Positions 7,137-13,503 of a DNA stretch of 13,503 bases are shown piece by piece. The stretch's first letter is position 1; every line of letters begins with the position of its first letter. Location of the stretch: the NCBI GenBank assembly GCA_045863855.1, contig BTVV01000151.1, forward strand, positions 1-13,503, in the 5' to 3' direction. Made by a program: the position numbers and the translations under genes. Below the pieces are notes generated by a model. The model made no database searches and was not told where the DNA came from. It was given only the letters and a program-made list of their open reading frames with translations. The DNA comes from Planctomycetota bacterium (GTDB lineage: Bacteria; Planctomycetota; SZUA-567; H5-PLA8).

Positions 7137-8117
7137 TCACGAATCGGCTTTTGTTGGCTCCAGCCCGAAGATCGCATCCAGAAAACTGTCCGCGTCGAAG
7201 GGCTTCAGGTCCGTCATCTGCTCGCCCAGCCCGATCCACTTCACCGGGATTTCCACTTCGCTGCGCATCGCCAGCACCGCCCCGCCCTTCGCCGTACCGT
7301 CCAGCTTCGTGATCACCAGTCCCGTCACCCCCGCCCCGCCGGTGAAAACCTCCGCCTGCCGCACCGCGTTCTGCCCCGTCGTCCCGTCCAGCACCAGCAG
7401 GACTTCGTGCGGACCGCTGGGCACCTTCTTCTTGATCACCCGCGTGATCTTCTCCAGCTCGTCCATCAGGTTCTTCTTGTTGTGCAGCCGGCCGGCCGTA
7501 TCGATTAGGAGCAGGTCGAACTTCTGCGCGAGCGCCTTCTCGCAGGCCGTGTACGCCACGCTGTCGGGCTTCGCGCCCTGCTGGCCCTTCACGATCTCCA
7601 CGCCCACGCGTTCCGACCAGAGCGTCAACTGCTCCACAGCCGCCGCGCGGAACGTATCCGCCGCCGCGAGCAGCACTTTCTGGCCCTGCTGCTTGTAGAA
7701 ATGCGCCAGCTTCGCCGTCGTCGTCGTCTTCCCGCTCCCGTTGACTCCCACGATCAGGATCACCGTCGGCGCTACATCGGCAAAGCGCGGAGCGCTGTCC
7801 TGCGGCGGGAACTGCTTCTTCACTTCCGCTTTGAGGAACTGCGCGATCTGGTCCGCCGACTCGATGGCGCGGTCCTTGAACGCGCCTTGCGCCTTATCGA
7901 CCAGGTCCTCGGCCAGCCGCGGCCCCAGATCCGCCCCGATCAGCGTCGCGCGCAGTTCGTCGCACTCGGCCTCGCCCAGCTTGCGGCCCACCAGCAGATC
8001 GAACCCGCCGCGCAGAACCTTGGCGGTCTTCTGCACGCCCGTCTTGATCGCATCGGTCGCCGCCTTCGCGACGCCGACGACGGTATCCTTGAGCTTCTTG
8101 AAGAACCCGAATGCCAC
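7137..8117 (-). CDS. ftsY: Signal recognition particle receptor FtsY (NG domain only)
   Basis: GVNGSGKTTT, DTFRAAAVEQL, DTAGRLH, TKLDGTAKGG and GLGE motifs. Likely start is GTG at 8117 (MAFGFFKKLK), with GGAGG upstream. Confidence 0.96.
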   Translation of the reverse strand: MAFGFFKKLKDTVVGVAKAATDAIKTGVQKTAKVLRGGFDLLVGRKLGEAECDELRATLIGADLGPRLAEDLVDKAQGAFKDRAIESADQIAQFLKAEVKKQFPPQDSAPRFADVAPTVILIVGVNGSGKTTTTAKLAHFYKQQGQKVLLAAADTFRAAAVEQLTLWSERVGVEIVKGQQGAKPDSVAYTACEKALAQKFDLLLIDTAGRLHNKKNLMDELEKITRVIKKKVPSGPHEVLLVLDGTTGQNAVRQAEVFTGGAGVTGLVITKLDGTAKGGAVLAMRSEVEIPVKWIGLGEQMTDLKPFDADSFLDAIFGLEPTKADS

Positions 8118-8217
8118 GGCCGCAGGCCTCCGCTCGAATCGTTCGCTGCTGAGTTGGCGGGCCCATCTAACCACACTGCGCGCGGAAGTCACAGGATAGA
8201 AACGGCTGCGGGACCGA

Positions 8218-9090
8218 TCAAGCCGGAACGGCCGCCGGCGCATGCGCCGCGCGGCTCGCGATCCGCCGGCGCAGATCGGCCAGTTGTGCGGAACTCACGC
8301 CTGAGCAGCCCACCACCAGCCCCGGCTTTAGATTCGGAGCGTGGAAATCGCTCCCGCCGCTCACGCCCCGGTCGTAGCGCCGCGCCAGCCCCGCGTAAAA
8401 GCGCCGGTTCACGTCTCCATGGGCAGCATGCAGCGCTTCCACCGCGTCGAGTCCGATACGGAAGAGCGGCGCGAGCTGTTCGTCGTGCGGCGGCTGCCCC
8501 GGATGCGCCAGCGACGCGATCCCGCCGCTGGCGTGAATCGCCTCCAGCGCCGCGGTCGGATCGAGCGGCCGCTTCTCCACGTGCCCCACTCCGTCGCGGC
8601 TGAGGTACAGCCGAAACGCCTCCGGCACGTTCCGGGCGTGCCCCGCTTCCACCAGCGCCAGCGCCACGTGCGGCTTTCCGATGCTGTCGGCGTCCCGCGC
8701 GATCGCACGCACGCGCGCCTCGTCCACCTTCACGCCCGCCGCCGCCAGTTGCGCCACGATCTTCGTCGCCCGCGCGCTGCGCGCCGCACGCAACTCCTGC
8801 AGCACCCGGCACAGCGGCGACTCGGCGCTCGCATCGAAGCCGTACGCCAGCACATGCAATTCGATGGAGCCCGCGTAAACCGTCACCTCGCAGCCGGTCC
8901 AGACCTCGATACCCAGTTCGCGCCCGCGCGCCTGCGCCCGCGCCACGCCGGCCACCGTATCGTGATCGGTCAGCGCCATCGCCCGCAACCCGGCGGCCGC
9001 GGCCAGATCGACCACCGCTTCCGGGGACAGCGCGCCGTCGGATGCGGTGCTGTGCAGGTGCAGGTCGGCTACGACGGGATCGGCAGGCAC
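8218..9090 (-). CDS. PHP-domain phosphoesterase (TrpH/YciV/RNase AM-like)
   Basis: DLHLHSTASDG, ALTDHDT, GCE, LHVLAY, KPHVA, LAHP and GGSDFH motifs. The start is placed at GTG 9090, just after the nusB stop; the ORF-track extension overlaps nusB. Confidence 0.9.
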   Translation of the reverse strand: MPADPVVADLHLHSTASDGALSPEAVVDLAAAAGLRAMALTDHDTVAGVARAQARGRELGIEVWTGCEVTVYAGSIELHVLAYGFDASAESPLCRVLQELRAARSARATKIVAQLAAAGVKVDEARVRAIARDADSIGKPHVALALVEAGHARNVPEAFRLYLSRDGVGHVEKRPLDPTAALEAIHASGGIASLAHPGQPPHDEQLAPLFRIGLDAVEALHAAHGDVNRRFYAGLARRYDRGVSGGSDFHAPNLKPGLVVGCSGVSSAQLADLRRRIASRAAHAPAAVPA

Positions 9091-9095
9091 GGAAT

Positions 9096-9608
9096 TCAGG
9101 CGGGCTCCGCGGGCGGTGTCTGCGGGTGTTGCGAGGACGAATCGTTCGGGCGGACCTTCTGGCGCAGCCGGTCGAGCAGCCCGTTCACGAAGCCGCACGA
9201 AGCGTCGCTGCTGAACTGTCGCGCCAATTCCACCGCTTCGTTGATCACGACCTTGTGCGACGTCGCGGGATGCACGATCAGTTCGGCCAATCCCAAGCGC
9301 AGGATGTTGCGGTCCACCAAGGCCATGCGCGAGAGCTTCCAATTCGTCGCGGCCTCGGCGATATCCTTATCCAGTTCCTCACGATGAGCCGTCACCGCTT
9401 CGACCAGTTCGCGCGTGAAGCGCACCGTCTCTTCGTCGGGCGGCGTCTCTTGAAGACCGAGGAAATCGGAGAGCAACTGGACGTCCTGCCCGTTCAACGC
9501 GTCGTGCATGTAAAGGTATTGCAGCGCGATCTCGCGGCCTTGCGTGCGCGGATGGCGGATGGTCTTGCGCTCTTCGCCTTCGTTCGGCTTCAACGGCTTG
9601 ACGTCCAT
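9096..9608 (-). CDS. nusB: Transcription antitermination factor NusB
   Basis: RTQGREIALQYLY, NWKLSRMALVDRNILRLG, VVINEAVELARQF and FVNGLLD motifs; canonical position after ribH. Confidence 0.96.
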   Translation of the reverse strand: MDVKPLKPNEGEERKTIRHPRTQGREIALQYLYMHDALNGQDVQLLSDFLGLQETPPDEETVRFTRELVEAVTAHREELDKDIAEAATNWKLSRMALVDRNILRLGLAELIVHPATSHKVVINEAVELARQFSSDASCGFVNGLLDRLRQKVRPNDSSSQHPQTPPAEPA

Positions 9609-9687
9609 GGCTTTCGCGCACCGCGCATCTCCCGCGGCGCTCTCCTCAGGAAGGCTGTCGATTCAAAGACCGGCCCGCATCCGTCCC

Positions 9688-10155
9688 CTACAGCTTGCCC
9701 AGCAAATCGACCATCTCCAGCGCCGACATCGCCGCTTCCCAACCCTTATTACCGGCTTTGGCTCCGGCGCGGTCGAGCGCCTGTTCCAAAGTATCGCACG
9801 TGAGCACCCCGAAGGCCACAGGAATCCCCGCGTTCAGGGAGACCTGCGAGAGCCCCTTCGTGGCCTCACCCGCCACGTATTCGAAGTGCGGCGTCCCGCC
9901 CCGGATCACGCAGCCCAGCGCGATCAGCGCCGCGTACTTCTTGCTCGCCGCAAGCTTCTGCGCCGCGAGTGGCAGTTCGAACGAACCCGGCACGTAGACC
10001 GAATCGATGCGGTCCTCCGGCACCCCGTGGCGCACCAGCGCGTCCACGCAGCCGCTCAACAACCGCTCCGTGATCAGGCTGTTCCACCGCGCCACGACGA
10101 TTCCGAAGCGCGCGTTCTTCTTGGCTACGAAATGACCTTCGATCTTGTTCGGCAT
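9688..10155 (-). CDS. ribH: 6,7-dimethyl-8-ribityllumazine synthase
   Basis: [35 protein letters not shown] and GNKG motifs. Confidence 0.98.
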   Translation of the reverse strand: MPNKIEGHFVAKKNARFGIVVARWNSLITERLLSGCVDALVRHGVPEDRIDSVYVPGSFELPLAAQKLAASKKYAALIALGCVIRGGTPHFEYVAGEATKGLSQVSLNAGIPVAFGVLTCDTLEQALDRAGAKAGNKGWEAAMSALEMVDLLGKL

Positions 10156-10173
10156 GCGGCTCCCTCGATCGGT

Positions 10174-11142
10174 TCAAACCTGCCGGCCTTCGCGGGCCAG
10201 TTCTTCGCGCACCCACGCCACCGTATGGCGCAGCCCTTCCTCCAGCGAAAACTTCGGCGCGAAGCCCAAATCGCGTCGGCTGCGCGTCAAGTCCGCGCAC
10301 GTCCGCTCCACGTCTCCGGCCTGCATCGGCGCGAAGTTCACTGCCGCGCGCTTGCCCGTCGCTTTTTCCAGCAGCGCCACCAGTTCACGCAGTTCGTAGG
10401 GCCGATCCCCGCCCAAGTTGTAAATCCCGAACGGGATATCCGCCTGCAGCGCCCCCATCAGGCCGCTTACGATATCCGCCACGTACGTATAATCGCGCGC
10501 CGAACTTCCGTCGCCGAAAAGCGTGATCGGTTCGCCCAGCAGGATCTTGCGCGCGAAGGCCGCGATCGCCATGTCCGGGCGTTGCCGCGGGCCGTAAACC
10601 GTGAACGGGCGCACCACGACGATCCGCAATCCGTACAACTGCGCGTAAGATCCGCAGTAGATCTCACCCGCCCGCTTGCTCGCGCCGTACGGCGACTGCG
10701 GCTGCGCGCACGGAGCGTCCTCTCTGAACGGCGCCGGCGTCACGTTTCCGTACACGCTGCTCGACGAGGCCGCCACCAGCTTGCGCGGCCCGTGCTTGCG
10801 CAGCGCTTCCAACAGCGCCACTACGTTTGCGACGTTGATGCGCTGGTAGCGCAGCGGATCTTCCAACGACGGGCGCACGCCGGCCTGAGCGGCCAGATGG
10901 ATTACCGCATCGCAGCCCGGAAGCTCCCGCGCCAGCAGCGCCGGATCGCCGAAATCGCCCTCGACCATCCGGTAGCGTTCGGCATGCTTCGAGAGCGCCG
11001 CCGCCACGTTGCGCCGCTTAATTTCCGGTGCGTAATACGGATCGAAGTTATCGACGCCCGTGACGGTATGCCCCGCCTCGAGCAAGCGCTCGGCGGTATG
11101 CGATCCCACGAACCCGGCCGCGCCGGTCAACAGTATCTTCAT
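10174..11142 (-). CDS. NAD-dependent nucleotide-sugar epimerase (UDP-glucuronate 4-epimerase-like extended SDR)
   Basis: TGAAGFVG, HLAAQAGVRPS, ASSSSVYG, YGASK, FTVYGPRQRPDMA and RDYTYV motifs. Confidence 0.92.
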   Translation of the reverse strand: MKILLTGAAGFVGSHTAERLLEAGHTVTGVDNFDPYYAPEIKRRNVAAALSKHAERYRMVEGDFGDPALLARELPGCDAVIHLAAQAGVRPSLEDPLRYQRINVANVVALLEALRKHGPRKLVAASSSSVYGNVTPAPFREDAPCAQPQSPYGASKRAGEIYCGSYAQLYGLRIVVVRPFTVYGPRQRPDMAIAAFARKILLGEPITLFGDGSSARDYTYVADIVSGLMGALQADIPFGIYNLGGDRPYELRELVALLEKATGKRAAVNFAPMQAGDVERTCADLTRSRRDLGFAPKFSLEEGLRHTVAWVREELAREGRQV

Positions 11143-11152
11143 GGCGGGCCTA

Positions 11153-11180
11153 AAGATACGGCCTCGCTCGATTTTATCAA
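11153..11180 (-). promoter_or_regulatory. Putative sigma70-type promoter for the epimerase-ribH-nusB cluster
   Basis: Minus strand reads TTGATA-16 nt-TATCTT; the same stretch also reads as an extended -10 (TGnTAAAAT). Confidence 0.4.
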
Positions 11181-11232
11181 CTCAGCACCCGGCGAACCTG
11201 CGGCTGGTCTGGAGCAAAAGCCCGTTGAGGCG

Positions 11233-11238
11233 TATAAT
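11233..11238 (+). promoter_or_regulatory. Consensus -10 box upstream of the methyltransferase
   Basis: TATAAT 28 nt before ATG 11267; GGAGG SD at 11254-11258; no good -35 box. Confidence 0.5.
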
Positions 11239-11266
11239 CCGGACGATCGAATCGGAGGACAAGGCC

Positions 11267-11857
11267 ATGAAGGGACGCGAAAGCGGCATGCCAGACGAGG
11301 AGTATTGGACCTCGTTCTTTAATCCGGATTGAGTCGTCGCCAAGCTCGACTGCACGGGTCCGTGCGGGGATGTGCTGGAGTTCGGTTGCGGCTACGGAAC
11401 CTTCACGCTGCCTGCCGCGCGGCGCGTTCAAGGCCGCGTGTACGCCTTGGATATCGAGCCCGAAATGACCGCCGCCACCGCGGCCAAAGCGCGCGAAGCG
11501 GGACTCGCCAACGTCGTAACCGACGTGCGCGATTTCCTGGCCCAAGGTTCGGGACGTCCCGATCGCAGCATCGATTACGCGATGCTTTTCAACATCCTCC
11601 ATATCGAGCGACCCGCGACGCTCCTGAACGAAGCCTACCGTGCGCTTAAACCAGGCGGCAAGCTGGGCATCATCCATTGGCGGCGCGACCGGCCCACGCC
11701 GCGCGGACCATCATTGGAGATTCGCCCCACGCTCGAGCAATGCCGCGCTTGGGCCGAGGCGGCCGGATTCGAGTTCGTGCGCAGCGAAGAGCTCTGCTGC
11801 TGCAGTTGGCATTGGGGCTTGGTGATGCGCCGGCCCTTAAGCGCGTCGGCGAAGTGA
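11267..11857 (+). CDS. Class I SAM-dependent methyltransferase with an in-frame TGA at codon 22 (candidate selenoprotein; alternatively a nonsense allele)
   Basis: The ORF-track pieces ending at 11332 and starting at 11372 are in the same frame: MKGRESGMPDEEYWTSFFNPD*VVAKLDCTGPCGDVLEFGCGYG... (196 codons). The SAM motif I (VLEFGCGYG), VYALDI and LKPGG are present. A start at 11372 would begin inside motif I. Confidence 0.85.
11350..11367 (+). promoter_or_regulatory. Candidate bacterial SECIS element
   Basis: CUGCACG-GGUC-CGUGCGG forms a 7-bp stem with a G-first loop that starts after a 24-nt spacer from the UGA. Confidence 0.55.
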
Positions 11858-11901
11858 ACGGAAACTAAGTGGTGGAATGCGGTTCGAAGTACGCAGACCG
11901 C

Positions 11902-11970
11902 CCGCCTCCGTCTTCCTCCGGAAGACTCCGGCGCGGCGGCCTTCGCCCTCGCTGCGCTACGGGCGAAGGC
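11902..11970. repeat. Two adjacent GC-rich inverted repeats (REP-like or terminator-like) directly 3' of the CCA end
   Basis: GCCTTCGCCC (11939-11948) / GGGCGAAGGC (11961-11970) and GTCTTCC (11910-11916) / GGAAGAC (11920-11926). Confidence 0.7.
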
Positions 11971-13249
11971 TGGTGGAGGCGATGGGAGTTGAACCCGTAA
12001 AGCCTTGCGTGCAAACCGTTTCCACGTCTAGACTTTCCGCGCCAACGGCGAGGCGTTGTGCTGGACTTATGTTGCCAGCGCCCAAGTTTAGGGCGTTTGC
12101 CACCGATTCAGCCACCGCAGCAAGCCGATCCTGGGACGCACGGCCGTAAGTATCCAACGTCAACGATGCCGCCGAATGCCGCGCCAACGTCTGCGCCTCT
12201 TTCACGCTCGCCCCTGATTCAAGTATGAACGTGACGTAGGCCACCCGGCAGGCGTGGAAATCCGCCTTCCCGCCCGGTCCGTACTTCGTCATACCGGCCG
12301 CAATCAGGTCTTTCTCCAAATCACGGGCCGCGTTCCTGGGGACATAGAGCAACGGCCGCTCCGGTGGCGGACCCTTGCGCTTCCGGGCATTCCGCAGATC
12401 CGCGTATTGGGTCGCGGCCAAGCCTTGCTTGGCCGATTCGGCCAGCCGCTCAACCAAGGCGCGCGGTAGCACCTGGAACCCGCGTTTGCGGTTCTTGGTC
12501 CAGGTCGGATCGAGTAGCAACCCGCCGCGTTTCGTGTCCAAGTGATCCACGGTCAACGCGCGAAGCTCGCCAACGCGAAGGCCGGACAGGAAAGCGACCT
12601 CGTAAAGCATCCGCCGATGCGGCGCCGCTGCCTCAAGTAACCGCCTGATTTCATCGGCCGTCAGTGCACGGCGAGTGGTAACGGGCGTCGTGTCGAACGC
12701 GGTGAGGCGAGCAAGCGGATTGCTGTCGAGGTATCCCCGTTCAACGCACCATGCCGCGAAGGACGCCAGCGCCTCAGCCATGTTCTGCTTGGTCTTGCCC
12801 GTGGCCGGACGCAACGGTTGGTCTTTGCCCTTGGGCTTGGCCAGCAACTCCCGCAAGTGCTTCTCAACGCGAGGCAAACAGCCGATCAGGTCGTGATGCG
12901 TGGCGAACCCAAGCGCCCGCTTCCAAGTCCGCAACCAAGCCTCTTTGTTCCGCGCGTGCACCCGTCCCCATGGGAATCCCCCACGGCCACCTTGGGCACG
13001 TCCCCAAGCCATATATTCAGCCACAACCAAATCGAACTCACGCGGCGCGTCACTAACCTTGGGAGCCGGACGAAGGCCCTTTCGAATCTCATCCTGCTTG
13101 ATCTGCTCACGAAGCGCTTCCCGCTCCGTGTCCGCGCGTGAAGTGCTTCCGGTTGCCGTGCACCGCTTGCCCTGCCAATCGGTGTACTGGTATTTCCAAC
13201 GCGGATGCGGATTGCCATCCTTCCGCTTTGACTGAAACACGTAAGGCAT
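11957..13249 (-). CDS. Tyrosine recombinase / integrase
   Basis: Catalytic residues: SGLR (R), TKNRK (K), FHACR (HxxR), LARHS (H) and LDTY (Y). The N-terminus resembles an arm-binding domain, and SNPL marks the end of the core-binding region. Confidence 0.95.
   Translation of the reverse strand: MPYVFQSKRKDGNPHPRWKYQYTDWQGKRCTATGSTSRADTEREALREQIKQDEIRKGLRPAPKVSDAPREFDLVVAEYMAWGRAQGGRGGFPWGRVHARNKEAWLRTWKRALGFATHHDLIGCLPRVEKHLRELLAKPKGKDQPLRPATGKTKQNMAEALASFAAWCVERGYLDSNPLARLTAFDTTPVTTRRALTADEIRRLLEAAAPHRRMLYEVAFLSGLRVGELRALTVDHLDTKRGGLLLDPTWTKNRKRGFQVLPRALVERLAESAKQGLAATQYADLRNARKRKGPPPERPLLYVPRNAARDLEKDLIAAGMTKYGPGGKADFHACRVAYVTFILESGASVKEAQTLARHSAASLTLDTYGRASQDRLAAVAESVANALNLGAGNISPAQRLAVGAESLDVETVCTQGFTGSTPIASTSLRP
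11971..11996 (-). other. att site: displaced 3' fragment of tmRNA (ssrA), less likely tRNA-Ala
   Basis: Minus strand GGGTTCAACTCCCATCGCCTCCACCA comprises a T-loop, the 3' acceptor strand with the Ala-type U70, and ACCA. The T-stem has a mismatch upstream of GGG and no 5' half is present. Confidence 0.85.
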
Positions 13250-13272
13250 ACGCCGCTCCTTGCGCGGGGACT

Positions 13273-13503
13273 CTAAACCAAGTGCGGCGAAGTGGAAGAT
13301 TTTTCCGCCGCGCGTTGCGCTTGCCGTGCAGCACGCTCCGCGTGTGCTTCAAACCAGCGGAGAACAGCACCGGCCTGCCACGTACTCTTCCCCGCGAACC
13401 GAACGGACGGCGGCAACTCGAACCGCGCCACCATGCGCCGGATGGTCCGCTTGGATACACCGAGTGCGCGGGCCAATGCGTCTTCGGTCACCAACGCTTT
13501 TTC
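13273..13503 (-). CDS. AlpA/excisionase-like helix-turn-helix protein; 5' end probably beyond the window
   Basis: EKALVTEDALARALGVSKRTIRRMVARFELPPSVRFAGKSTW fits a winged-HTH Xis pattern. The frame is open to the window edge and lies immediately upstream of the integrase. Confidence 0.8.
   Translation of the reverse strand, partial: EKALVTEDALARALGVSKRTIRRMVARFELPPSVRFAGKSTWQAGAVLRWFEAHAERAARQAQRAAEKSSTSPHLV

Larger units (their letters stand above)
11971..13503 (-). mobile_element. Boundary of an integrative element (genomic island or prophage), continuing beyond the window
   Basis: att fragment plus integrase plus Xis-like gene; by eye the sequence is more AT-rich than the housekeeping genes. 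Confidence 0.88.

Noticed and set aside
7100..7139. ftsY TGA as selenocysteine
   Set aside because: It lies after the complete GTPase domain and has no SECIS-like hairpin with a G-first loop downstream.
4501..7698. 1065-aa plus-strand ORF, and similar long ORFs 1046-2485, 8341-9387 and 9544-11322
   Set aside because: Antisense shadows of well-supported minus-strand genes in high-GC DNA; Arg-rich and motif-free.
11330..11332. Genome-wide UGA reassignment or a frameshift explaining the split methyltransferase
   Set aside because: TGA terminates several genes here at expected positions, and both halves are in the same frame.
11177..11677. 166-aa minus-strand ORF and 11329-11649 plus-strand ORF
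   Set aside because: They overlap the methyltransferase, which has an SD, a promoter box and recognisable motifs.
11971..12050. Complete tRNA or tmRNA gene
   Set aside because: Only the T-loop and 3' acceptor strand are present; the upstream sequence is integrase coding with no matching GGGGGCG 5' end.
1..13503. CRISPR array, IS element or rRNA
   Set aside because: No regularly spaced repeats, transposase motifs or rRNA signatures were seen.

Overview
High-GC bacterial chromosomal window, possibly Planctomycetota (inferred from gene content and order only). Most of it is housekeeping on the minus strand: an NAD-dependent epimerase, ribH, nusB, a PHP hydrolase, ftsY, ribD, a sulfatase and riboflavin synthase, then an AsmA-like protein and a partial GT-C type membrane glycosyltransferase. 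The plus strand carries a secreted mono-CxxCH protein with a Ca-binding-like motif and a class I SAM methyltransferase. The right end is the edge of an integrative element (tyrosine integrase plus excisionase-like HTH) ending at a displaced 3' fragment of tmRNA or tRNA-Ala. Three observations stand out. (1) The methyltransferase has a single in-frame TGA at codon 22 followed by a GGUC-loop hairpin resembling a bacterial SECIS, making it a candidate selenoprotein that the ORF track splits in two. (2) The att core lies inside the integrase 3' end. (3) The 2840-3152 intergenic region can form three consecutive pseudoknots plus an alternative anti-SD pairing. All structures were found by eye and no searches were run.
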